Of a DNA stretch of 64,000 nt, positions 48,721 through 58,386 are shown piece after piece. Below the pieces are notes generated by a model. It had not been told where the DNA came from, searched no databases, and was given only the letters and a program-made list of their open reading frames with translations. Within the stretch, counting starts at the first letter, position 1. Every line of letters starts with the position of its first letter. The DNA comes from Candidatus Poribacteria bacterium (GTDB lineage Bacteria; Poribacteria; WGA-4E; PCPOR2b), in the NCBI GenBank assembly GCA_965218095.1, contig OZ244587.1:2496001-2560000 (forward strand), in the 5' to 3' direction. Made by a program: the position numbers and the translations under genes.

Positions 48721-49501
48721 TTCACATCCTGCAGTCACTGATCCTCCGCTGGTGGCCAGTTTATTCAGATTGTCTCAGTTTCGGCAACAAATAAAATTCG
48801 GCAGTCCCGACGCTGTTTGTTTCGAGAATCGAAATATCACAACTGCTTGCACTCTCGGTGCGAAGCACCGGAGGTCGTGGATCCACGATGTTGTAACCCT
48901 CGGAACGAGCGAACAACATCGGGCCTTTTCCTGCCTACTTTGGAAATATACAACAGCCATTTTACCCGTTTTTCACGCTCTGGTAACAAAAATCTCGGCT
49001 CATGTTAAGAAAACGTGAAAAGCAGTTTGTTACGCCGCATCGATAGCTCTCTCGTGGTGTCCCCCAGTATTGACTTGCTATTGCCCACATCTCGACTATG
49101 GAGGCACTAAATTCACCAAGAATCTGGTGAGAGAGGGAGAAACCCACACCTCGTATGGGTTGCCAGACTCATGGGTAAAAGTAAAACCCGAAGTCGGGGA
49201 AGAGACAGAAGGGGCGATACAATCGCATCAGAATTTCTTGGCAAAATCAAAAACGGAACCACCAAGCTGTTTTGAGTCCGGATTTATCGGGGACGCTAAG
49301 ACGCTAAAGAGAAGTGGCAGTCGCACTTGACAGTTGCAGTCAAATCCTGGCGCTTCTGCCACTGCTGCTACTGTGACTTTGCGCCTTCGCGATAGATTTC
49401 ATCGTGAGGGAGCGAGTCGGGAAATCCATGCCCAAGAACTTAGCAGATTTCCTGGGCTTTTGCAACTCACTTTTTACATGGATAGCTCAAGATTTCTAAA
49501 A

Positions 49502-51652
49502 TTACCCGACTGTTTGCCCAGACCATTGAAGCCACTTGATCGTTCCATCAGCACGAAACCCGCGACAGTTTACCGCCACAGGGTCCATATTGAGGCGAAA
49601 CTGAACGGACGTATCCCCAATACTGGCGCCGATTATGTCCGGTGCTTCAATGCACTTAACCGCCGGTAGATCAGCTTTGGGACTCCGCAAAGCTGAGGCG
49701 GATTCCTCGCCCGCCCGGCCAACCACGAGCACGCTCAACAGCAGACGGCGAGAAGTCGTTGGTGAGAAGTCGCAGGTCAAGTGCCACTGATTGGGCTGAG
49801 CCGCTTTGTTGGGACCGACATCAGGAGGTTCGCTGAACTGGTCCGTCTGGGAGATCTTGACCTCGCCGGGGTCTAGTAGATGAATTCGCGCCAGGGCGGG
49901 ACCGTTGGTGATAGTCACCACCCGCTGCTCGTCATCAACCTCAAACGGGTTCAATGCATGGAGCAGAAACTGGACAGATGCAGGCGCTTGCGTCTCCGTG
50001 TCGTCAAGTATGACGAAGGCGTTGGGTCTGACAAACACGATGTGACGCATGACCCGAACCACACCCTCACTGACAGCGCACAGTTCTGGATGGGGCACGA
50101 CCCCAGTCGTGTGGTTCGGGAGGCACGGCTGCTGGTATGCCTCCGTCGCGTCGCCTGCGGTGTAGTCGAAATCTGCCGTGGTGACAAAGGCGGTGATGCA
50201 CCCTGCGGCAGCGACGTTCATTACACCCTGACCTTTGCCATTGAACAGCAGGGCGTTGTGGGCGCGGGTCTGCTTTGTCCAACTGTAATCGTGGGGGCTT
50301 CCATACCAGGGATAATAACCGCTATCTATCAGCAAGGGTTGGCCGAAAGCCTCAAGCAGGAAAGCATTCTGGTCGGCGTGGCTGTGACTGAAGGAGCCGA
50401 AGTGGTTACTCTTAAACTGCAACATGATGTTGCGCTCCCCGTCTGCCAAGTTACTGTGCATGGCTACCCAATCAATGTCGCGCAGATGAATTGCCTGGGG
50501 GAGGTCGCTTGGGGGCTTTGGCGCCGGCGTCTGGGTCCAGGTCAGGAGATGGCTCAACGCGTGTTCGGCACCCCGCCCGCTGAAAGCCGGTCCTTCGATC
50601 TGGTCTGCGTACCACTGGTAGTGAGGGTCCTGATGAACCATGGCATAAATTTGCATAATCGACTTATGAAGTCCTTTAGGGCGATTATAGCCCGCATCGC
50701 CGAAGTTGGGACAGTTGCCATAAGGGGGTTGGAAATAAAGGAGATGTTTACCGTTGTTACACCCCCAAGGTGTGTTAAAGAAATTTACCTCCGTTGCCAC
50801 GTAGATGATTTGACAAATCGTTTGGAAGTTATGGGAGTGGATGTACCCGAAGCCCTGTGCCCAGCCGCCGTCATCCCCACCAAAGGTGGGGAAGGTCTGG
50901 TCCATATACGTGAAGATGTCCTTTAGCCACTCTTCCGCCTCGGGCTGGTGATGAAAGAGCGCCAGGGCAGCACGGACCATCCCTGGGGGGCCATAGACAT
51001 TGGGATGGCTGCCGAGCGGGTTGCGATACATGGCCTCTTGTACCGAAAGGGGATGGAACTCGCTTGCACGCGCAGCGAGGGCAGCGACAATCGCATCCCG
51101 TTCCTCAGCTACCAGTTCGTCCCATAGATAATCCAAAGCGGCAGCCAACACAGGAACAACGGAATGAAAACTGTGCGTGTTGGTGTAGCTGGTTATCGTC
51201 AAATCCAGCCCTGCCAATGCCCGCATTGACTGGCGCGCCTGCTCCAGGTAACGCCCGTCTCCACTGAGACGATAAACTAATGCTGAGCTTTCGACCAGCG
51301 GTGCTATTGCTCCGAAGGGTGCTTGAACTGCCGTGTTTGCCTCCATTCCCTCCTGGGTTTTGGAGTAACGCGAATCCCACGGGCCCAGATCGGGAGCATA
51401 GTAGTCAGGAGGAAATTCAAACTGAGGAAGCGGTTTGCCAAGACCCGCGTCGGCTCGCTCTTTTATCGTCTGGAAAATCTGAGCAAAAGAGGGCTCTTCC
51501 AACCGCGCCTTGAGTCGCTCAAAGTCGCCCGGTTTGAACAGGATGCGAGGATGCTCGTGCGGAATTCTCTGTCGGAGTTCAGCCCTGTTTGGGATGCGCG
51601 GTGCGCCCATCACTCGGCTATACATTGGTTGACTGGTCTTATCGTTGTCCAT
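49502..51652 (-). CDS. Heparinase II/III-family polysaccharide lyase (DUF4962-like N-terminus)
   Basis: HPRILF, DGGWAQGFGY, FGD, SHSHADQNAF, IDSGYY..YGSPH, T.AHN. Confidence 0.88.
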   Translation of the reverse strand: MDNDKTSQPMYSRVMGAPRIPNRAELRQRIPHEHPRILFKPGDFERLKARLEEPSFAQIFQTIKERADAGLGKPLPQFEFPPDYYAPDLGPWDSRYSKTQEGMEANTAVQAPFGAIAPLVESSALVYRLSGDGRYLEQARQSMRALAGLDLTITSYTNTHSFHSVVPVLAAALDYLWDELVAEERDAIVAALAARASEFHPLSVQEAMYRNPLGSHPNVYGPPGMVRAALALFHHQPEAEEWLKDIFTYMDQTFPTFGGDDGGWAQGFGYIHSHNFQTICQIIYVATEVNFFNTPWGCNNGKHLLYFQPPYGNCPNFGDAGYNRPKGLHKSIMQIYAMVHQDPHYQWYADQIEGPAFSGRGAEHALSHLLTWTQTPAPKPPSDLPQAIHLRDIDWVAMHSNLADGERNIMLQFKSNHFGSFSHSHADQNAFLLEAFGQPLLIDSGYYPWYGSPHDYSWTKQTRAHNALLFNGKGQGVMNVAAAGCITAFVTTADFDYTAGDATEAYQQPCLPNHTTGVVPHPELCAVSEGVVRVMRHIVFVRPNAFVILDDTETQAPASVQFLLHALNPFEVDDEQRVVTITNGPALARIHLLDPGEVKISQTDQFSEPPDVGPNKAAQPNQWHLTCDFSPTTSRRLLLSVLVVGRAGEESASALRSPKADLPAVKCIEAPDIIGASIGDTSVQFRLNMDPVAVNCRGFRADGTIKWLQWSGQTVG

Positions 51653-51739
51653 AGGTGTGCCTTCTTGTTGTTTGATTTTCTAACTCAAGAATGGGCATAG
51701 AACACCATCCCATTTTGACGTAATTTTTTGACGTAATTT

Positions 51740-52115
51740 TTCCACTCATGGGAATTTATTTTCGGCCAAATCATAGGAAATATGAAATCCTCTTTAGTCG
51801 CTCGAAGCGATACGATTTGGCAAGTTGTTCAGCCGTTGGAGCTGGTTCATAAAAACCGAACAAGGCAAATCAACAGATTGGCAAAGTCTTGTAGCGATTG
51901 ATGATGTCGTAACACTGGTTTTGAGAATTTGTCTGTGATAAATGATTCCTAAACCCCACTGTCAAAGTAGCCGTCGACTACAGAATGCTTCAAATTGCCT
52001 GATGAATCACATTCCCATTTAGATACGGGTGCTGAAAAACATGAGTGCGTAATGCTCATTACCAACCATCTGTTTGGTTTCAGAACGCGGTGAATCTCTA
52101 ATATGCTTCCTTCAT
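51740..52115 (-). pseudogene. Class I SAM methyltransferase C-terminal remnant
   Basis: EIHRVLKPNRWLVMSITHSCF...YFD.GV*...HQSLQDF, frameshift, FYEP.PT. Confidence 0.65.
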
Positions 52116-52187
52116 ACGCCCTCATCCGTACACTCGCGGACGGAGTTTTCGGGAGGCACAACCGCTACCCGTCCGGTGTCCGGCGAC

Positions 52188-53579
52188 CTAACGGCGAAGG
52201 TCCCAAGGCCTCCCGTCTGACCACTTGAAGAGATCTCCCGTGCCACCTTCGAGCTGGATGTCGAGCACGCGCGTATCCGCTTCGCCTTCGCTCGTGCGAA
52301 GGGTCTCGACAAGTCCCGTCAGGCGGTTGAGTCGCTCAATCTGCTCGACCGTCCTGTCGAACGTGAGCCGTACCATGCGCGCGCCATCCATCTTGCTCAT
52401 GTTGAGTCCGTGTACGAGGTTGACCACCATGAAGTACTCTTCTCCCGCCTCGTCGTCGAAGAAGCCGACCAGCAGCCCCATATCCTTGCCCTGGACCACC
52501 TCCACAGCTTTGAACGCTCCGTGGCCTTCGAAGGCGCCCAGACGGAATGGCACCGCCGGATTCATCGGGTAGCCGGGCGCATCGTGGTCCCAGAGTCCAC
52601 CGTCGCCGGCGTAGGCGACCGGATCCTTCGAACGCAGGTTCAGAAGCGCGCGTGCAAGCGTTTGCACCTCGGGGGCGACGTCACGGATGGCAAACCAACT
52701 TCGGCTGATGATGGTTCTCTCGTAGTGGTGGTTGGCGGCGGGTTCGTGGCCAGGCCGCAGTACGCCCAGGTCATCCACCATGTTCGCCGCGGTCTCGGGA
52801 GGACCCTCCCCGTAACCGTAGTAGATGAAGAACTGGATGCCGGTTCCGCCGTGCGCGAGCAGCGTGAAGACCAGGAAGCGAATGTCGGCCCCGTCCGGAA
52901 GGCGAAGATCGGTAGCGGGCTCCCCCGCCGCGTGTCCAAAACTCTGAAGCCACATCCAGTAGGGCAATTTGTGTCTTTGCGCGGTTTGGCGTCCCCACAT
53001 GATGTTGTAGAGGTAGTGCTCATCCGTCGTGCCGCCACCGCGCAGGGGATAGTGGTCGAAGCTGAATATGTCGGGTTTCGTGGTTTCGATCACGATATCG
53101 TGATCGGCTTTAGCGATCGAGAACTGGACATACTGGGGGATGTCCGGATGGTTCTGCCTTAGCCACTCAGCTAGTTCTGCGATCTCCGCAAAATCTTCGG
53201 GCGTCGTGCCGCTAGGTTCGTCAGCCGTCATGATGTATGCGCAGCCGGGGATCTTAAGCGCGTTGGCGACGATCGTGACGCCGCCTCGATGCCCACCCGC
53301 CCATGAAATCCCCGCTTCGTGAGCGGCGCGGAAATAGTCGTGGGCGGCGCCGGGTTTGAGCCACACGAAGGTGTTGAGACCCGCCGCCTTGAAGCGCGCC
53401 ACGCGATCGGTCAACCGGTCCCTGGGCACGCAGTTATGCAGCGCGGCCATCATCATAGGCCGCTCCTTCTGCCACTTCGTGTACTTCTCGCTGTAGGGGT
53501 ACCACGCGCGCACGATCGGCGCAAACATGAACATCAGGACAAACCCAGCTACCATCACAAACACGAATCGCTCCTGCAT
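52188..53579 (-). CDS. Secreted protein, putative glycoside-hydrolase-like TIM barrel
   Basis: Signal peptide; ADEPS, FSFDHYP, PYWMWLQSF, LAHG.TGIQFF.Y. Confidence 0.6.
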   Translation of the reverse strand: MQERFVFVMVAGFVLMFMFAPIVRAWYPYSEKYTKWQKERPMMMAALHNCVPRDRLTDRVARFKAAGLNTFVWLKPGAAHDYFRAAHEAGISWAGGHRGGVTIVANALKIPGCAYIMTADEPSGTTPEDFAEIAELAEWLRQNHPDIPQYVQFSIAKADHDIVIETTKPDIFSFDHYPLRGGGTTDEHYLYNIMWGRQTAQRHKLPYWMWLQSFGHAAGEPATDLRLPDGADIRFLVFTLLAHGGTGIQFFIYYGYGEGPPETAANMVDDLGVLRPGHEPAANHHYERTIISRSWFAIRDVAPEVQTLARALLNLRSKDPVAYAGDGGLWDHDAPGYPMNPAVPFRLGAFEGHGAFKAVEVVQGKDMGLLVGFFDDEAGEEYFMVVNLVHGLNMSKMDGARMVRLTFDRTVEQIERLNRLTGLVETLRTSEGEADTRVLDIQLEGGTGDLFKWSDGRPWDLRR

Positions 53580-53888
53580 GACTGCTCCTCCTCTCTTGCG
53601 TCTACCACTGCTTGACTTCAGCCTCGACCGAGGCCGCACTTAGCCGTACCAGATCAAGTTGCTGGAAGGCGAATGGGGTCGAGGAGACATATTGACCTCC
53701 AACACTTTTCAAGTAGCAACTGAACCCAACCGACTGCTACTAATCGACATTTCACTAATTCACCTATTCTGCGGCACCATTTCGATGTCGGTGGGCTGAA
53801 CTAGATGGGTTGGCGAGCCTCCGGCCGGTACGCTCCAACCGAAAGGAGGAGCGACCATCGGCTTGCTCAAGGGGTTTCCGGATAGGCT

Positions 53889-55328
53889 CTAAGTGACCTC
53901 CGGGACAAGATCATCATGCGGTCTGCCTATGATCAACCGTTCCCCGTCGGTAAACTCTTCTGGACGATCTTTGATGACCTCAATCAGACGCTTTCGCCAT
54001 GGCGAAAGCTGATCATCGACATCCGCCTCTCCAGCAATGTCATGTAGTTCGTTCGGATCTTCGTCCAAGTTGAAAAGATGTTCACGCCCGGTCTGGCTGT
54101 ACCAGATGTATTTGAAATGACCGTTGGTCAGATAGTGCATCCCATCCTCGTAGCGGTAACAGCCGGAGTGTTCGCCGTGTAAGATTTCCCGCCGGCCGTC
54201 TTCCTCACCTCGCATCAAAGGCAGCAGGCTGCGGCCGGTAAGCGTTTCAGGGATGGGCACACCCGCGACTTCTAACAGTGTCGGCATGACGTCCTGCAGA
54301 CCCACCGGCGCGAAAGTGACGACCTCCTCCGGATAGTCCAACGTCATGGGGGCTTGAGCGAAGAAGGGCACTCGTGCGGAAGCCTCGTAGGCGAAGGTCT
54401 TGCGGAACATGTTGTGATCACCCAGCATCTCTCCATGGTCTGATGTGAACAGGACGAACGTATTGTTCATCACCCCGCGATCTCGCAGAAAATTGATGAG
54501 TCGTCCCACCTGATCATCAATGTGGTTAATCATCCCGTAGTACGCCGCACGACAGCATCGCATGGTTTGCTCATCCAAACAGAGGATCGAGGCGTTGATG
54601 TCCAGTCCTTTCTCCGGCCCCTCAAACTCAGGCGCCCAATCGCCAACCACGGGCATCGGCAGATCCTGGTCGATGTAGCGGTCATAGTAAAACTGTGGTG
54701 GCGTGAGGGGCGGGTGGGGATCGATGAACGACGCGTTAAGGAAGAAAGGAGAGGTGGGATCGCGCTTGCGGATGAAGTCTATCGCCTGCGTCACGCACCA
54801 GAAAGTATGGGTCCTGTGCTCAGGCAGATAGTGGGGACGCCCAACCCAGCCGTTGGACGAGACGCCGTGTGCCACGCCAGCGTGCGACACACCAGCCTCC
54901 AGCGGCACCGCACCTCCCTCCATGAGCCAGTCTGTGTAATCGTTGTTCTCACCACGAGTAGACTCCGCCAACTGAATGTGGTCGAAACCGTAGCGCCTGC
55001 GGGCCGGGTAGAGATGGAGTTTGCCGACCATTTCAGTTTGGTAACCAGCCTTTGAAAGTTCACCACCGAGGGTGTGTAGGGGGTTCCATTGAACCCCACC
55101 TTTGAAACCGACCATGCCGTTGGCTGCAGGTGCTTGCCCACTCATCAGAACCCGCCGCGCCGGGACGCAACTGGGGCACTCCGAATAGCCCCGCCGGAAG
55201 TGCGTGCCCGAACGCGCCAGCCAGTCCAGGTTGGGGGTCTGCAACACGGGGTGCCCTTCAATGCCGAGGCAATCGCCTCGCTGCTGATCGGTCAGGATCA
55301 AAACGATATTTGGTCGTGTATCAGCCAT
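53889..55328 (-). CDS. Arylsulfatase (formylglycine-dependent)
   Basis: PNIVLILTDQQR, TPNLD, CVPAR, VGKLH, PHPP, SDHG. Confidence 0.95.
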   Translation of the reverse strand: MADTRPNIVLILTDQQRGDCLGIEGHPVLQTPNLDWLARSGTHFRRGYSECPSCVPARRVLMSGQAPAANGMVGFKGGVQWNPLHTLGGELSKAGYQTEMVGKLHLYPARRRYGFDHIQLAESTRGENNDYTDWLMEGGAVPLEAGVSHAGVAHGVSSNGWVGRPHYLPEHRTHTFWCVTQAIDFIRKRDPTSPFFLNASFIDPHPPLTPPQFYYDRYIDQDLPMPVVGDWAPEFEGPEKGLDINASILCLDEQTMRCCRAAYYGMINHIDDQVGRLINFLRDRGVMNNTFVLFTSDHGEMLGDHNMFRKTFAYEASARVPFFAQAPMTLDYPEEVVTFAPVGLQDVMPTLLEVAGVPIPETLTGRSLLPLMRGEEDGRREILHGEHSGCYRYEDGMHYLTNGHFKYIWYSQTGREHLFNLDEDPNELHDIAGEADVDDQLSPWRKRLIEVIKDRPEEFTDGERLIIGRPHDDLVPEVT

Positions 55329-55413
55329 GTTTGAAACTCCTTATGCGTGAAACATAAAACGTAACGCGCTTATAAAAATTAGGCTTGTGTATTCCTTGAA
55401 TCTATAATAAAAT

Positions 55414-55478
55414 GGGGTGTTTACAAGCCCATGGGATAGTTTCCTGTTAAATCATAGGCTTGTTTTACCTTTCACTCT
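55414..55478 (+). repeat. Copy 1 of a duplicated ~65-nt structured element
   Basis: GGGGTGTTTACAAGCCCA...TTAAATCATAGGCTTGTTTTACCTTTCACTCT. Confidence 0.8.
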
Positions 55479-55544
55479 CAAAAATGAAGGAACACCTTAT
55501 TAACATTTCATGGCGATTCCCAAATCGCCTTTCTTTATAAGGAA

Positions 55545-55733
55545 GTGATACCCATTCAAGAAAAAAAACTCAACAAAATACAGATTGAGGAACGGCTCAT
55601 CGCTATTGAGGTTGATCTCTCATATCTCAAGAAAAAGTTTGAACCATTGCCTTATCACCAGACAGTGTTATTGACAGAGATACGGAAAGAAGTCGAAAAG
55701 ATTGTCTCAGATGTTTTTGAGAACATTCCGTAA
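55545..55733 (+). CDS. Small hypothetical protein
   Basis: 62-aa ORF with AAGGA upstream; start codon uncertain. Confidence 0.4.
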   Translation: MIPIQEKKLNKIQIEERLIAIEVDLSYLKKKFEPLPYHQTVLLTEIRKEVEKIVSDVFENIP

Positions 55734-55740
55734 CTGATTC

Positions 55741-55938
55741 TCAACAAGAAGTAGAATCAATATCTCCTACTTCTTGTTGAGCTCTTCGTCTAAGATTAGA
55801 CAGCATTTCGATAGTTTGGTCAGGAGTAGCACCTTCAGGCAGCTTATCCATCTCAGGCCAATATAGCTTATTGTACCTCTTCCGAGCTGCATCACTCATT
55901 TCATCATAACGAGGTTTTATATCCTCTACAGATTTCAT
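55741..55938 (-). CDS. Small hypothetical protein
   Basis: Strong RBS AAGGAGGTGG before ATG; 65 aa. Confidence 0.6.
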   Translation of the reverse strand: MKSVEDIKPRYDEMSDAARKRYNKLYWPEMDKLPEGATPDQTIEMLSNLRRRAQQEVGDIDSTSC

Positions 55939-56006
55939 AATTCCACCTCCTTATCAACGGGGGGATGAACGAACTCGCCAAAACTTCTTTTGCTATGATA
56001 TTATTA

Positions 56007-56070
56007 GGGGTGTTACAAGCCCACGATTATCTCTCCTATTAAATCATAGGCTTGTTTTATCTTTCACTCT
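56007..56070 (+). repeat. Copy 2 of the duplicated structured element
   Basis: GGGGTGTTACAAGCCCA...TTAAATCATAGGCTTGTTTTATCTTTCACTCT. Confidence 0.8.
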
Positions 56071-56095
56071 ACCAACTTACGATAGGAGGATTAAA

Positions 56096-56344
56096 TTGTC
56101 ACATCGTGTAGCCAAAGGGGTTTTTCGTATATGCTTTGCGTTGTTACTTATCGTAGGGCTTATTCTAAGTTCGTTGTATTGTGTGCATACAAGACTCCCT
56201 ATTCAGACATTCTTCATTGGTATAACCATCACAACGGTTATGGGTGCTGCTATTTCAGGGTTAATCTATTGGGCGTTGCTTGGATTTGTCAAAAATCCAC
56301 CTCCAAAGCCGCCCAAAGCCCCACCGAAATACCCACCGAGTTAG
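56096..56344 (+). CDS. Small 2-TM membrane protein with Pro/Lys-rich tail
   Basis: AGGAGG RBS and TTG start; two hydrophobic helices; PPPKPPKAPPKYPPS. Confidence 0.6.
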   Translation: MSHRVAKGVFRICFALLLIVGLILSSLYCVHTRLPIQTFFIGITITTVMGAAISGLIYWALLGFVKNPPPKPPKAPPKYPPS

Positions 56345-56430
56345 TGGTTTGAACACTCCGTTTTGAATGGGTGTCCGGTCTAACCACCGGACACCCTCTC
56401 ACGTCACAACGCAGAAAGGAGGTGAGCCCT

Positions 56431-56616
56431 ATGCGTTGTTCAAACAGCAACAATGGTGTTAAAGCAATGGTAAGACAGTTGCTTTATCCCACTGAAGCTG
56501 AAAAGCAACACGCTGCAGCGTTTCAGCGTATTGCAAACCGGCATAAGCCGGAATCTGTACAACCAATGGGACAAGGTGCCGCTTCATTGCCACCTGTCAC
56601 ATTTCCTAAGCAATAA
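56431..56616 (+). CDS. Small hypothetical protein
   Basis: AAAGGAGGTGAG RBS before ATG at 56431. Confidence 0.55.
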   Translation: MRCSNSNNGVKAMVRQLLYPTEAEKQHAAAFQRIANRHKPESVQPMGQGAASLPPVTFPKQ

Positions 56617-56742
56617 CGCTTAGGCATTTATCAGGGGGTGCTTACACAAAGCATTCCCCCGATAAATCGGGATGAAGACACCTGATGATGTTACTCATCA
56701 TCTTCATCATCATCATTGCTGATAAACAAACCTTATACCTCC

Positions 56743-57357
56743 CTAAGGTGCCCGCCATGCTACATTTCCTGCCTTATCGTAAACAAATACACCTTCAATA
56801 GATGACAAGAAAATTGCCAATTTTCCTGTTTTATCGAAGAAAGACAAACCACTTCCTTCTTCATTGGTGATTAAGTTAATCTCCGATTTTCCCATACCTT
56901 TGCCATGGAGGGACACACCATTTCTGAATTTATTGGCAGTTAATTGAGATGCCAATCCCCCCTTTTTATCGTAAACAGCCACAAAATTCTCTGATTCAGT
57001 GCCGAGTATTTGAATTGCCCTTTTCCTCACTTCATCAAAGACAGCCAAACCACTCCCTAATTCAGTGGCAGATAAACTCACCCCTGATTTTTCTTTGCCG
57101 TTGACAATTATATCATTCCTCGATTGAGAAGTGGATAATTGGATTCCCGGTTCTTTCGCTTTGCCATGGATAAGAACATGATTCTCTGATTCAGTAGCGT
57201 ATAAGCGAATTGCTGTTTTCCCTGTCTTATCAACAACTGTTAGCTTTGTACACTCAATCTCATCAAAAACTGTGACACCAACAGCGGTGAGTTGAGAATG
57301 ACTGAGCAAAACGCAACATAAGGCTACGATCAGAAACACTACCAATCTCTTATTCAT
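56743..57357 (-). CDS. Secreted protein with ~22-aa beta-strand repeats
   Basis: AAGGAG RBS; signal peptide; repeats such as VDKTGKTAIRL, YDKKGGLASQL, FDKTGKLAIFL. Confidence 0.7.
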   Translation of the reverse strand: MNKRLVVFLIVALCCVLLSHSQLTAVGVTVFDEIECTKLTVVDKTGKTAIRLYATESENHVLIHGKAKEPGIQLSTSQSRNDIIVNGKEKSGVSLSATELGSGLAVFDEVRKRAIQILGTESENFVAVYDKKGGLASQLTANKFRNGVSLHGKGMGKSEINLITNEEGSGLSFFDKTGKLAIFLSSIEGVFVYDKAGNVAWRAP

Positions 57358-57365
57358 GCGCTCCT

Positions 57366-57677
57366 TCAAAACATTGGCTGCCATAAGAGTTGCAAACAGC
57401 AAGAAAAAGCCCCGGCAGTGATGCCGAAAATAAGCGTAAAGTCATTCAGTCGAGTGCTTAATTGGTCATTCAACTCAGACCGGAGACGGTTTTCGGACTC
57501 TTGAATCTTTTGGGTAAGTCGCAGTTCAAGTGCCGTCATTTCCGAATGGATTATTGCATTTTCAGTCTTAACAACCTCTCGAATCTTCTGAATATCCGAG
57601 TGTGTTAATTCCGAGAACGCGGAACATGGTAATCCCAGCGATACAAGCAGTATAGCAACAACAAATAGGCGTTTCAT
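57366..57677 (-). CDS. Exported coiled-coil protein with C-terminal TM
   Basis: AAGGAGG RBS; signal peptide; heptad region; hydrophobic end. Confidence 0.6.
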   Translation of the reverse strand: MKRLFVVAILLVSLGLPCSAFSELTHSDIQKIREVVKTENAIIHSEMTALELRLTQKIQESENRLRSELNDQLSTRLNDFTLIFGITAGAFSCCLQLLWQPMF

Positions 57678-57842
57678 TGTGATTCCTCCTTTAGACGGTT
57701 CGTATGAACCGTGTTTGTGTGAAAGTCACTATCGCCTATATATTACCCAATCATTAGCAATAGACTTAAATTTGAAGAATTTAGACAAAAGTCTCGTTGA
57801 GCAATTGACCTAAGCACTAACCAACTTATTGCCCATCAATTC

Positions 57843-58070
57843 TCAGTTCGAGTATATCAGGATACGAAACAACCACGATTTGGCACGACGTGTATCTCGA
57901 AGTTGGGCGAAGCCCTGAAGCGCTTTCAAGCAGGTTGTCTGGACAAGATCTTCCGCATCCATCTCATTTTGAGTCAGCCGCAATGCGGCCGAATAGAGCG
58001 AATCTAAATGTGTTTTGATGACCTCAGAAAAACTGGCTGCATTGCGTGGCGGCGTGTGAATGGGTTTCAA
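57843..58070 (-). pseudogene. ECF sigma factor remnant (region 2 only)
   Basis: HLDSLYSAALRLT.N..DAEDLVQ.T.LKA...F.......KSWLFRIL then stop; region 4 missing. Confidence 0.8.
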
Positions 58071-58386
58071 GGCATTTTTCCCGGCAAGTGGTATTCAACA
58101 ACATTTTAAGACAAATTTGCCGGGGGATTTCTTCCCCAGCAACGGAGAAATATTATAACACACTCATCGGATCAATATCCACAATTACATCAATGCTCGT
58201 AGGTGGGGACGCTTCAGCGGATCGCAGAGTCAGTTCACGGAAATTCGTAACTGCTGACTCCGCAGCAGAAAGTACCATCGAAATTTGTTCTTGATTTTGG
58301 TGAGCGGCGCAGAAACGGGCCCCCGAATCTCAACTGATGGAAAACCGTCCACCTTGACGGTTTCGAGTTAATTAAGGAGCAAGTGA

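Noticed and set aside
48720-49500. Short ORFs between the GNAT and lyase genes
   Set aside because: No recognisable motifs or RBS; probably decayed or non-coding DNA
49880-50926. 348-aa plus-strand ORF
   Set aside because: Antisense shadow of the GC-rich lyase gene
27008-51951. Genome-wide TAG recoding suggested by several in-frame TAGs
   Set aside because: Intact genes (MFS, ftsX, mtaB, rel) end at TAG at their expected C-termini, and most internal TAGs are in genes with other lesions
55414-56070. Integron attC sites
   Set aside because: No clear RYYYAAC/GTTRRRY boxes, flanking ORFs are in mixed orientation, and there is no integrase in the window
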